Shown: positions 28,645 through 37,823, numbered from the stretch's first letter. The stretch is 64,000 bases of DNA from Negativicutes bacterium (GCA_963665275.2 CAXXIN010000013.1:283703-347702); one strand, 5' to 3'. The notes: generated by a model from the letters alone, not told the origin. Numbers and translations are program-made.

Positions 28645-29817
28645 CTAAGCGATCGTAACTTTTCCCACTGCAGGCGGAGTGTTGCGGCTCTTGTTCACCT
28701 TGACCACTCCATCGACAAGCACCAACGCGACACCAGGGATGTCGCCGGCCTCGATCGCTTCGAGCGCGTTCTTGCCGACCGAACCCATTGGCGTATCCAT
28801 GATGACAATATCCGCCTCTTTACCCGGAGCGATCACACCCGTATTCAGACCATATACGCGAGCCGTGTTTCCAGTCGCCATGGCCACCGCCACCGCCGCC
28901 GGAACCTCCGACATGCTGGCAATCTGGCAGATATTCCGCAGAATTCCGAGGGGAATCACGCCGGTGCCCGAAGGTGCATCATTACCGAAAATAAGCCGGC
29001 TCAATTGTTTTTTGGCAGTTGCCTGACGGGCCACATAATCAGCCACTTTCGGATTCCCGCATTGTACGATCTCCAGTGCGATCTGCGTCTCATCTATCAG
29101 CCGGTCGACTTCCTTCAGGGAAACCGCCGTCGGTCCGCCGTTGATATGGGATACCACGTCCGGGTCGGTTTTGATCACGTCGTCCGCCGAAACGGTCGAG
29201 CTGCCCGGAATCGAAGTTCCGCCTGTATGCATCATGACTTTCATGTTGTGTTTTTTCGCCCAGGCTACCATCGGCGCCGCATCTTCTGGTTTTTTAATGG
29301 ATCCGAGACCCACTTCCCCGACGACTGTGACTCCAGCTGCCGCCATTTCGGCAAAATCAGCTTCGGTCAGGCCTTTTTCCAAAATGACCGAACCGGCATG
29401 AACTTTCACTCCGCCCGGTTTCAAAAGCGCAAACGATTTGTGCGCCAAGATGGCCAACGCCTTCACCCCTGCCGGATCTGTCGGGCGACCCGGCGTATGG
29501 CATTCACCGGCGGAAATCATGGAAGTGACACCACCATGAATGGAACTGTCAATGAAATCCGACATTTTTTGACGCGGCGTGTAGTCGCCGATCACCGGAT
29601 GAACGTGTGAATCAATCAGACCGGGGGTCACTGTCATGCCGCCCGCATCAATGGTTTTAAATTCTACCGAATCCTTTTTGAGAGAATCCACTAACGCCAT
29701 AGTGCCGACTGCGTCAATCTTACCGTCTTTTATGACGATAACGTCCCCTGCGATGATGGGTTGTTCCACCAGCCCTGAAACGATAGTTCCGATGTTTGTG
29801 ATAACTGTTACTGCCAT
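28645..29817 (-). CDS. ena: Enamidase (amidohydrolase superfamily)
   Basis: NIGTIVSG, PGLIDSHVH, ISAGE.H.PGRP, MHTGGTSIPGSS, SHINGGPTA, GNDAPSGTGVIPLGILR. Confidence 0.93.
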   Translation of the reverse strand: MAVTVITNIGTIVSGLVEQPIIAGDVIVIKDGKIDAVGTMALVDSLKKDSVEFKTIDAGGMTVTPGLIDSHVHPVIGDYTPRQKMSDFIDSSIHGGVTSMISAGECHTPGRPTDPAGVKALAILAHKSFALLKPGGVKVHAGSVILEKGLTEADFAEMAAAGVTVVGEVGLGSIKKPEDAAPMVAWAKKHNMKVMMHTGGTSIPGSSTVSADDVIKTDPDVVSHINGGPTAVSLKEVDRLIDETQIALEIVQCGNPKVADYVARQATAKKQLSRLIFGNDAPSGTGVIPLGILRNICQIASMSEVPAAVAVAMATGNTARVYGLNTGVIAPGKEADIVIMDTPMGSVGKNALEAIEAGDIPGVALVLVDGVVKVNKSRNTPPAVGKVTIA

Positions 29818-29841
29818 ACTGATCCACTCTCCATTCTCACT

Positions 29842-30837
29842 TTAGTTTTTTGCCGCAGCAGAATCCTTATTGGCAAGCGCTTGCAGCACTCGCTCCGGCG
29901 TAATCGGCAGGGAATAGATCCTCACGCCGATCGCGTCATACACAGCGTTGGCGATGGCCGCCGCCGTAGGTATCAAAGCGGGCTCGCCGACTCCTTTTGC
30001 GCCAAAAGGCCCGGTGGGCTCAGGGTCCTCAACAATGAACGAATATATTTCAGGCGTATCAAGAGACATGGGCAACAGATAACCATCGAAATTCGGATTG
30101 GAAATCCGGCCCTTGGACACGTTGATTTCTTCGAGCAAAGCATACCCGCTGCCCATGACTGCACCGCCCTCGATCTGCGCTTCAACCAATTTGGGATTGA
30201 TAGCCCTGCCGACATCATGGGAAGCCACGATTCGCAGCACTTCGACCTTGCCTGTTTCCGTATCCACTTCCACTTCCGCCACCTGGGTGGCAAAAGCGTA
30301 CGTTCCATAGGGAGATCCCTCGCCAGTAGAGGCATCCAATCCGGTTGTCGCCGGATTGAACCAGCCGTGTCCGAGCGTGAGCTTGCCCTTCATACGGCAA
30401 CTCCCGAGTACTTCCTTCACCGTCATGGTCCCTGGTTTGTCGTCGACCACCACCACGCCATCGGCAAAATCAACTTCCCCGTTGGTTTTCAGCATTTCCC
30501 TGGCCTCGGCAATCGCTACCTGCTTGGCTTCTTTTGCTGCCAGGCGAGCCGCGTTGCCTGAAATGTAAGTCTGTCGGCTGGCGCTGGTCGCACCGCCTTC
30601 CGGCGTAATCATCGTGTCCGCCGAAGTGACCATCACATTCTCCGCTCCGATGCCCAGTTCTTCTGCCACAATCTGGGCGAGAACGGTATCAGACCCTTGT
30701 CCGATGTCGGCGCACCCAGCCAACAAATTGGCGGTCCCGTCATCCAGCCATTCCACGAAAGCCGCCGCCGGGTTCGGCAATCCGGTGTTGCCGACGCCAT
30801 ACCACATGCAGCCGATTCCTGTGCCACGTTTCTTCAT
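29842..30837 (-). CDS. ndhM: Nicotinate dehydrogenase medium molybdopterin subunit
   Basis: MKKRGTGIGCMWYGVGNTGLPNPAAAFVE, DIGQGS, TSASRQTY, GPFGAKGVGEP; split L/M architecture. Confidence 0.93.
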   Translation of the reverse strand: MKKRGTGIGCMWYGVGNTGLPNPAAAFVEWLDDGTANLLAGCADIGQGSDTVLAQIVAEELGIGAENVMVTSADTMITPEGGATSASRQTYISGNAARLAAKEAKQVAIAEAREMLKTNGEVDFADGVVVVDDKPGTMTVKEVLGSCRMKGKLTLGHGWFNPATTGLDASTGEGSPYGTYAFATQVAEVEVDTETGKVEVLRIVASHDVGRAINPKLVEAQIEGGAVMGSGYALLEEINVSKGRISNPNFDGYLLPMSLDTPEIYSFIVEDPEPTGPFGAKGVGEPALIPTAAAIANAVYDAIGVRIYSLPITPERVLQALANKDSAAAKN

Positions 30838-32109
30838 TTACAATACCCCCGTGCGGAACATTTTTTGAGCTTCCGCGCACGCCTGTTCCAGCGTCATTCC
30901 AATCCCCACACTATGCTCCAGGACTTGGCCGGTCGCGGTTACGCTCCCCGGACGCAAAACATTCAGCCGCCGGATTTCCAATGGTGACATGCCCAATTCT
31001 TCGGCCAATATATTCATCTGCGTCTCATGTGCGAACGCCATCTGAGGCACGCCGAATCCGCGCATGGCTCCTGCCTGCGGATTGTTCGTATAGACGGCAT
31101 AGGCATCAACAAAGACATTTGGTACTTCATAGGGACCGGTCGCATGAACTGCCGCCCGGGTCAGCACCGCCGGCCCGTAGGATGCGTAAGCGCCGCTATC
31201 GCCAACGATGTTCGCTTTCACCGCCAGCAATTTCCCCTCTGCGCTAACCCCGGTCTTATAATCAATCACATAGGGATGCCGCTTGGCTGAGGCGATCATG
31301 GATTCTTCCCTTTGCCAGACCATCTTTACCGGACGGCCTGTCTTATAAGCCGCCAGCGCCAGGTAACATTGCACCGAAATATCCAGCTTGCCGCCGAATC
31401 CGCCACCGGTTACCGCCTGCACAATCCGAACCTGGTTGACACCCAGCCCCAGAGTCCGCGCGACTTCTTTGCGGTCAAAGTGCACATTCTGGGTGGAAAC
31501 CCAAACCGTCACCATTTTTCCGTCATACTCGGCCAACCCGGCTTCCGGCTCTATGTAGGCATGCTCTGCGCATTGGGTGAAATATTGCCGTTCGACGATG
31601 AACTTCGAAGCGGCGAATCCCGCCTCCACATCGCCTTTACGCAACTTGCGCAACGTCAGTATATTGGAGGACCCGTGGATTTTAACCGCACCGGCTGCCA
31701 TGGCCGATTGGGTATCAAAATACGCCGGCAATTCCCGTAGCGTCACCTTCAGGTTTTTTCCCGCCGCGATCGCTATTTCTTCGGTTTCAGCCACGACCAG
31801 CGCCAACGCGTCGCCGTGACGCCGAACTTTTTCCCCTGCGAGTACCGGTTCGTCCTTTAAAATAATACCAACGCCATTGGGTCCCGGAATGTCTTTCGCG
31901 GTAAATACCGCCACTACCCCTGGAACTGCCGCCACTGCCGACACATCGATGTTTTCGATCACGGCATGCGCCAATCCGCTTTCATTACGAATCACCTTGC
32001 AGAACAGCATCCCCGGGCGCTTCATATCAGCGGCGAATAGCGCCTGCCCCGTCACTTTCGCGATCGCGTCATGCTTCAAAATCGAGCTGCCAACGCCGGT
32101 ATGCGTCAT
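30838..32109 (-). CDS. ndhL: Nicotinate dehydrogenase large molybdopterin subunit
   Basis: AKVTG, EHAYIEPE, TGGGFGGKLD, SAKRHP, GAMRGFGVPQ; ATG 32109 overlaps ndhS stop. Confidence 0.92.
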   Translation of the reverse strand: MTHTGVGSSILKHDAIAKVTGQALFAADMKRPGMLFCKVIRNESGLAHAVIENIDVSAVAAVPGVVAVFTAKDIPGPNGVGIILKDEPVLAGEKVRRHGDALALVVAETEEIAIAAGKNLKVTLRELPAYFDTQSAMAAGAVKIHGSSNILTLRKLRKGDVEAGFAASKFIVERQYFTQCAEHAYIEPEAGLAEYDGKMVTVWVSTQNVHFDRKEVARTLGLGVNQVRIVQAVTGGGFGGKLDISVQCYLALAAYKTGRPVKMVWQREESMIASAKRHPYVIDYKTGVSAEGKLLAVKANIVGDSGAYASYGPAVLTRAAVHATGPYEVPNVFVDAYAVYTNNPQAGAMRGFGVPQMAFAHETQMNILAEELGMSPLEIRRLNVLRPGSVTATGQVLEHSVGIGMTLEQACAEAQKMFRTGVL

Positions 32110-32582
32110 ACGACTTCGCCTCCCTGCTTCGCGACAGCTTCCACAGCATCGACAATTTTGGAATAGCCGGTGCAACGGCAGGCGTTGCCGGAAATGGCCA
32201 CCCGGATCTCTTCCCGCGACGGGGTCGGGTTTTTATCCAATAAAGCCTTCGCTGACAGCAGCATCCCCGGTGTGCAAAAACCGCATTGCACGGCGCCATG
32301 ATCTATAAAAGCCCGTTGCAGCACATGAAGTTTCTCTCCCTCAGACAAACCCTCAACCGTTAAAATGTCCGAACCGTCGATTGAAGCAGCCGGCACGATG
32401 CACGATGCTACAGTCCGTCCATCCAGAATGACTGTGCAGGCGCCACATTCACCGATGCCACAGCCGCGTTTCGTGCCTGTCAAGCCGAGGTCGTCCCGCA
32501 GAAAATCCACCAACAGAAGCTCTGGCCGAACAGCGGTTTTAACTTCCTTCCCATTGATCATACAGGTTATTTCGACATTCAA
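32106..32582 (-). CDS. ndhS: Nicotinate dehydrogenase 2x[2Fe-2S] subunit
   Basis: GCGIGECGACTV..C, QCGFCTPG, GNACRCTGY. Confidence 0.92.
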   Translation of the reverse strand: MNVEITCMINGKEVKTAVRPELLLVDFLRDDLGLTGTKRGCGIGECGACTVILDGRTVASCIVPAASIDGSDILTVEGLSEGEKLHVLQRAFIDHGAVQCGFCTPGMLLSAKALLDKNPTPSREEIRVAISGNACRCTGYSKIVDAVEAVAKQGGEVV

Positions 32583-32609
32583 TGCTCACACCCCCATTTT
32601 ATATACCAA

Positions 32610-32626
32610 TGCAAGAGCCGTGCCAA
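32610..32626 (-). promoter_or_regulatory. Sigma-54 promoter of the nicotinate operon
   Basis: TTGGCACGGCTCTTGCA, near-perfect -24/-12 consensus, about 28 nt before ndhS. Confidence 0.92.
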
Positions 32627-32709
32627 AGTTCCGATTAAACAAAAGAAGCCCGCAAAATCAACTTGCCGGGCTCCATTGCCATTCTCATCGTTCTTTAATT
32701 GCACGAATT

Positions 32710-32800
32710 CATTGCATTATTGAAACAGTCAGTTACTTTTCTGCGATCTACGTCATCCTTTTCATTGCAAAAAAGAAACGCGCATTTCAATTTTGCAATA
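32710..32800. promoter_or_regulatory. Three candidate enhancer sites CATT(G/T)CA-N4-(T/A)G(A/C)AA
   Basis: 32710 CATTGCATTATTGAAACA; 32763 CATTGCAAAAAAGAAACG; 32783 CATTTCAATTTTGCAATA. Confidence 0.65.
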
Positions 32801-34385
32801 TGCCGTGTTCGACCATCTTTCGCCATAGAGTAGTTGTACTAATCCCTAATTTTTTCGCTGCCAACCCTCGATTTTCCTTCTCTTCCTGCAGAATTCTTAC
32901 AATCACAGACTTTTCCGTTTCCTTCAGAATAGAGTCCAAATTCAGTTCAGCCCTGCGACCCCCACCCGAAACCTTCTCGAACTGCGAAGGCAGATGACGT
33001 TTCTGCAGCAACCGTTCATGCGGCTCGACAATGTTCAGTGCACTTTCAATGCAGTTTTGCAATTCCCGCACGTTGCCCGGCCACTCGTGCCGAGAGAAAA
33101 CATCGAGAACATCAGTCGCCACATCCTCAACGATCCGACCCAGAACACGATTATATTTTTCGAGGAAACAGCGGGCCAATTGATGAATGTCGTCATACCG
33201 CTCCCGCAGGGCCGGCACTTTTAGCTCCACCACGTTGAGGCGATAGAAAAGGTCTTCCCGGAATTTTTTTTCTTCGACAAGCAGGCGCAAATTACGATTC
33301 GTCGATGAAATGATCCGAATGTTGACACGAATCGGCTTGCTGCTGCCCAAGCGGGTCACTTCCTGCTCCTGCAACACTCGCAGCAAGCGGGCCTGGAGGT
33401 CCCATTCCATCTCACTGATCTCATCCAAAAAAACCGTGCCCCCATTGGCTGATTCAAAGATTCCCGCATTGCCGCCTTTTTTTGCTCCGGTAAAGGAGCC
33501 TTCCACATACCCGAACAGTGTTCCTTCGATTAGGCTTGGAGGCACCGCGCCGCAATTAATGGCAATAAACGGTTTGTCGCAGCGGGGTGAGGCGTTGTGA
33601 ATCGCCTGCGCGAACAATTCCTTCCCGGTGCCGGTCTCCCCGAAAATCAAGACTGACGAAATGCCTTGCGAAACGTTGCGGGCCACCGCCTTGCAACGCT
33701 GAATGCTTTCGCTGACCCCAACAATATCGTCGAAATTATAGCGCGCATACTGAAACTTTTTGACTTCTTCAATCAGTTTATGTTTCTGCGAAACCATCAT
33801 TTCATTATTGAAACCCAAGCCGTATTGTTCTGTAATGGGAATGCGTACAGCCATGGCCCCTGGGACAGACATGGATTTCCCCACTACCGGTCGCTGCGTC
33901 TGCATGGCCTCCAAGGCCGCCTTGCTGACCTTGCCGATATATTCACCTTTTTGCACGCCAAAGGAATCGACACTCTGGAGCCTGCGCCCTTCCTGATCGA
34001 ACAGTACCGCTTCGCCGCCCGCCACACGAGCAATAATCGGCAATGCTTGCGATAACGAATCCCACAGCTTCCCTTCACGCTCGATCTTTTCCGTATTGGA
34101 TGCACTCAGGACATATTCGCCGATTGGCAACGCCCATGCTTCGGAGTTCGGCACAAAAGCCGAATACCCGAACGCTGGAGCGTTTTTTTCACTGGCGTCC
34201 CGCGCTAAATCGTACACCACTCCATGGTATTCCGCCAGTTCGTTGCCATGCGAATCAACCGTCCGCATGCGCTTTCCCGCTCTATCCGTCACGCTGGCAT
34301 ATCCGCCCGATATTCGCGCAATCAATGGCAACGCCTTGAAAAGTTGTTCCAACAATGTTCCGTTGCGAGAGTTTTCCGTCGCCAT
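32787..34385 (-). CDS. Sigma-54-dependent activator with tandemly duplicated N-terminal sensor domain; probable nicotinate operon regulator
   Basis: GETGTGKE, GSFTGA, FLDEI, WPGNVREL, Fis-type HTH; AGGAGG before ATG 34385. Confidence 0.93.
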   Translation of the reverse strand: MATENSRNGTLLEQLFKALPLIARISGGYASVTDRAGKRMRTVDSHGNELAEYHGVVYDLARDASEKNAPAFGYSAFVPNSEAWALPIGEYVLSASNTEKIEREGKLWDSLSQALPIIARVAGGEAVLFDQEGRRLQSVDSFGVQKGEYIGKVSKAALEAMQTQRPVVGKSMSVPGAMAVRIPITEQYGLGFNNEMMVSQKHKLIEEVKKFQYARYNFDDIVGVSESIQRCKAVARNVSQGISSVLIFGETGTGKELFAQAIHNASPRCDKPFIAINCGAVPPSLIEGTLFGYVEGSFTGAKKGGNAGIFESANGGTVFLDEISEMEWDLQARLLRVLQEQEVTRLGSSKPIRVNIRIISSTNRNLRLLVEEKKFREDLFYRLNVVELKVPALRERYDDIHQLARCFLEKYNRVLGRIVEDVATDVLDVFSRHEWPGNVRELQNCIESALNIVEPHERLLQKRHLPSQFEKVSGGGRRAELNLDSILKETEKSVIVRILQEEKENRGLAAKKLGISTTTLWRKMVEHGILQN

Positions 34386-34472
34386 TTTGCCCTCCTGTAG
34401 GTTGCCAACCATCTGAAATGGCTAGGCTTATAGAATCATTATAGCAAAATCCCTCATCCTACTCTATAACAA

Positions 34473-34490
34473 CATTTCAATATTGAAATG
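34473..34490. promoter_or_regulatory. Perfect palindrome matching the enhancer consensus; candidate autoregulatory operator
   Basis: CATTTCAATATTGAAATG upstream of an extended -10 (TGCTATAAT, about 34438-34446) of the activator gene. Confidence 0.6.
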
Positions 34491-34566
34491 CACCTCATTC
34501 ACTTTATGCCTATTCAACAGAAAAGCCCTCGCAGCTGCGAAGGCTCCGTCGCCAACACTTTCGATT

Positions 34567-35235
34567 TTATTTTATGCCATAAAATCCTGCCTGCAATCCT
34601 GACGCCCAAAGGATTTCCACAGCAGCGAACCCCGCTGCTCTGAGAAGCTCAAGATGGTCACTGATCGATATGGGCAGCAGTTCGACCCCGTATCGGGTTA
34701 TGTGCTTTTCGACCTCTTCAGCAGGTTTACCGCTGTCCAACTGATGGCGGCGCCATCGTTCCAATCCGATCTCAGTCCCTCGTTCGGAGAAAGGCCTGAT
34801 CGTTTCAAAAGTCACGTAAATCCCCCCCGACTTTAGGGCTGAAAAACATTTATCAGTCGCGATCTTGCGCATTTCAACACTTAAATAATGATGTGACATA
34901 ATGGCAGTTATCACATCAAACCGACCGTCGTACGACAAGGACTCGCTGCCAGCCTGCACATATTCCACGTCAAGGGCTGCCAACTTTTCTTTGGCGATAT
35001 CCAACATGGCCCCCGACGGATCAGCCGCCACAAAATGCAGATTGCCAAAATATTCACCGGCCTTCTCGATCAGCCTGCCGGTCCCGCAACCCGCATCAAG
35101 CCAATTGGCGGGACAGTCCTTGACCCCTTTGACAAGCGCCAGAGTTTCTTCATGAAAAGCAGTATATCTGGGAATGGTTTTTTGCACATTGGCATCGTAT
35201 TGCGACGCAGCCTGTGATGTTTTATTGTCGCGCAT
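34567..35235 (-). CDS. Class I SAM-dependent methyltransferase (CmoA-like)
   Basis: YD..VQKTIPRY, WLDAGCGTG, FDVITAIMSHHYL, LKSGGIYV. Confidence 0.85.
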   Translation of the reverse strand: MRDNKTSQAASQYDANVQKTIPRYTAFHEETLALVKGVKDCPANWLDAGCGTGRLIEKAGEYFGNLHFVAADPSGAMLDIAKEKLAALDVEYVQAGSESLSYDGRFDVITAIMSHHYLSVEMRKIATDKCFSALKSGGIYVTFETIRPFSERGTEIGLERWRRHQLDSGKPAEEVEKHITRYGVELLPISISDHLELLRAAGFAAVEILWASGLQAGFYGIK

Positions 35236-35266
35236 TATAGATCCCCCCCATAGCATTTTTCAGCTT

Positions 35267-36106
35267 CTATCCCTGCACATTCATGGTTTCGGCAATCCGG
35301 TCAAGCTCCGCGGCGTTTTGGTTAACCTGTTGTATTGTATCGGCGATTTGGTTGACCGCCACCGCGATTTGACCGATCGCTTTCTGCATATCATTCATCT
35401 GAGTATAAGTTGCATCGCTGTCTTTGCGAATTGCCGCTATGATCGAGCCAACTTCATTCGTCGACTGTGCACTGGTTCCAGCCAGCTTTCTGATCTCGGC
35501 AGCCACCACACCGAAGCCGCGTCCCTGCTCACCGACCCGCGCCGCTTCAATGGCCGCATTGAGCCCCAGCAGATTCGTCTGATTGGCGATGCCCCTGATC
35601 AGATCCAAGACCTGATCCGATTGTTTGGCCCGGGTTTGTGACTCGCGCGCCACATCGGTCAACATCCGGCTGGATGCCGCAATCTCCTGGGTCTGCGCTG
35701 AAATTTCCTCGCATGTTGCGGCCAGAGTACCGATATTATCCACCAGACTGGCTGACATGTTCTTGATATTCTCCTGCAACTCCACCGGCTGGGTAATCGC
35801 AATGGCGCCAATCACCTCATGATTCTCATCATAAACGGGTGTGGCCACCGAAGTGTAAGGCATTCCATACAAAGTCTTATCAAAGCGCAGCGCCACCCGC
35901 CGCTTCTCCTGCATAGCGCGGTGCACTCCACTGCCTGGCTTGACTTGGGCATTTAGCGGAACTTTGAGATCTAGTTTTTTCCCCGGCTTGTACAAAAGAA
36001 AATTCTCTCGATTGGTCAAAGTGACGCCGGTGTCTTCATGCAGGGAAAGTTGTACAAGGGGTAAGGCATAGATCAATTTATCCAGAATAGCTTCGGCGTT
36101 CGTCAT
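35267..36106 (-). CDS. Soluble (no TM) methyl-accepting chemotaxis protein
   Basis: [37 protein letters not shown]; about 105-aa cytoplasmic sensor domain. Confidence 0.92.
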   Translation of the reverse strand: MTNAEAILDKLIYALPLVQLSLHEDTGVTLTNRENFLLYKPGKKLDLKVPLNAQVKPGSGVHRAMQEKRRVALRFDKTLYGMPYTSVATPVYDENHEVIGAIAITQPVELQENIKNMSASLVDNIGTLAATCEEISAQTQEIAASSRMLTDVARESQTRAKQSDQVLDLIRGIANQTNLLGLNAAIEAARVGEQGRGFGVVAAEIRKLAGTSAQSTNEVGSIIAAIRKDSDATYTQMNDMQKAIGQIAVAVNQIADTIQQVNQNAAELDRIAETMNVQG

Positions 36107-36153
36107 AAGTATATTGCACCTCCGAATTATTTTAACCCGCCTTTACTTTCAGT

Positions 36154-36170
36154 TGCAAGAATTATGCCAA
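36154..36170 (-). promoter_or_regulatory. Sigma-54 promoter ahead of the soluble chemoreceptor
   Basis: TTGGCATAATTCTTGCA (GG-N10-GC), about 48 nt before ATG 36106. Confidence 0.78.
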
Positions 36171-36181
36171 CATTTAAGAAC

Positions 36182-36218
36182 ACGCAAGGTGTTGATGCCT
36201 GGCATCAACACCTTGCGT
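36182..36218. terminator. Perfect 18-bp inverted repeat after MFS copy 2
   Basis: ACGCAAGGTGTTGATGCC-T-GGCATCAACACCTTGCGT; shares TGGCATCAACACC with the hairpin at 13736-13772. Confidence 0.7.
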
Positions 36219-36247
36219 TACTGGCAAACTAAAGCAGAATAAGATTC

Positions 36248-37648
36248 TTATGCTTCGGAAGGTTGTGCGCAGTCCTCCGGGTTGGTCGTATTGCAAGACT
36301 CGAGGTTCTTGCCCTTGGTTTCTGTCCCCAACAATGCGACAGCCAAGCTCGCCAATACAAAACCCGATCCCACCACTGACAACGTCAGATACAGCCCAAT
36401 AACAGGGTACAGGAACCCGACGACGGTCGGCGCCAAAACCCCGCCGATACGGCCCCAGGCCATAGCGGTTCCCGTTCCCGTTCCCCGAACTTCCGTCGGA
36501 TAATTCTCAGGAGTGTAAGCATATATAACCGAATAAGCGCCAGCCAGAAACAACACGGACAACGACCCGCAAGTAAGCATGATTTCCACCGGCAGTTTTT
36601 GGGTGAGTGCCCAGCCATACAATATGCTGGTTACACCGGCTAGCACCAGATATACGACGATGGGTATTTTACGACCGACTTTATCCGCCAGATAGGATCC
36701 GAACAAACCGCTCGGAATCCAGACCAGATTCATGACCAGCACATAGCCGATCGATGCGAAGGTGGAATATCCGGACTGCTTCAGCAGCGTCGGCAGCCAC
36801 GTGTTCAATCCCCAGTAGCCGAACATCAGGCAAAACCACAGCATCCAAAGCATCATCGTGCGCCGTAGGTAACTCGGTTTAAAAATAACGGCCATCTTGT
36901 TGCCGGCTTCGGCGTGAATTTTATTCACTACAGAGGGTTCGGCCAATTCTTTGCCTGTTTCAAGCTTGATCGCATCTTCCAGTTGTGTTAGATGTTCTTC
37001 AGCTGATTTGGGGTCGCCTTTCACCATATACCAGCGCGGTGACTCCGGAATCCCCTTGCGCAAGAACCATACGAGCAGCGCCGGAACCACTCCGGCAAAA
37101 AAAGCGCTCCGCCAACCATAGGTCGGAACCAGCCAGAGAGCGACGGCAGCGGCCGTCAATACTCCGCCGCCCCACAAAGCCTCAGTCAGTCCGTTGAGAC
37201 GGCCCCGGTATTCACTCGGCATCATTTCACTGTTGTAAGTGAAGACGACCGGTTGCTCCGCACCCAACCCCAGGCCGGTGAGGAATCGCATAACCAACAG
37301 CGCTTCATAACTTGTAATAAAGCCTGTCGCGAAGGTGGCAATAGAGAACGTAAGCAACGTTACCTTGAAAACCTTCAACCGGCCAAAGTAGTCGGCAAGG
37401 ATTCCACCACTCAAGGCACCCACGAACATTCCGAGGAAAGAAATACTAAATGACAACCCAATTTGCACCGGAGTCAATCCGAGATCTTTAGCCAGCGCCG
37501 GCATAACGAAACTAAGCAGCATAATGTCGAAAGCATCAAACAGATACCCTGCTGCTGTTAGAGAGAAAATCTTTTTATGGACCCTGGAAAATGGCAGCCG
37601 TTCCATGCGGCCGACCAGTTCTTCCGCGGTCAAAGTTTTTGTTGACAT
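36248..37648 (-). CDS. MFS transporter, NiaP-like (copy 2)
   Basis: Collinear paralog of 13801-15195 with long identical peptide stretches. Confidence 0.9.
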   Translation of the reverse strand: MSTKTLTAEELVGRMERLPFSRVHKKIFSLTAAGYLFDAFDIMLLSFVMPALAKDLGLTPVQIGLSFSISFLGMFVGALSGGILADYFGRLKVFKVTLLTFSIATFATGFITSYEALLVMRFLTGLGLGAEQPVVFTYNSEMMPSEYRGRLNGLTEALWGGGVLTAAAVALWLVPTYGWRSAFFAGVVPALLVWFLRKGIPESPRWYMVKGDPKSAEEHLTQLEDAIKLETGKELAEPSVVNKIHAEAGNKMAVIFKPSYLRRTMMLWMLWFCLMFGYWGLNTWLPTLLKQSGYSTFASIGYVLVMNLVWIPSGLFGSYLADKVGRKIPIVVYLVLAGVTSILYGWALTQKLPVEIMLTCGSLSVLFLAGAYSVIYAYTPENYPTEVRGTGTGTAMAWGRIGGVLAPTVVGFLYPVIGLYLTLSVVGSGFVLASLAVALLGTETKGKNLESCNTTNPEDCAQPSEA

Positions 37649-37791
37649 CTCGGATCGCCTCCTTATTCTGCTATGAAATGATTGCTGTTGGATTTCCCCA
37701 TACTATTCGGTACCGCTTTGCTTTTAATCACTCCTTCCATTGGGTTGAAAGAACTGCGGAACAAGCGCCATTCTTCTGACTCGGCCTTAGA

Positions 37792-37823
37792 AGCAGAAAA
37801 AGCCATCGCATTTGCGACGGCTT
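37792..37823 (-). terminator. Intrinsic terminator inside the 5' leader of MFS copy 2 (attenuator candidate)
   Basis: AAGCCGUCGC-AAAU-GCGAUGGCUU-UUUC about 20 nt after the predicted transcription start. Confidence 0.65.

Noticed and set aside
29842-32582. Selenocysteine recoding in nicotinate dehydrogenase
   Set aside because: No in-frame TGA in ndhS/L/M. The known enzyme uses a labile non-Sec selenium, and no Se maturation genes are in this window.
13801-37648. MFS duplication as an assembly artefact or mobile-element terminal repeat
   Set aside because: The copies differ at many synonymous and some amino-acid positions, so this is an old paralogy rather than an identical repeat.
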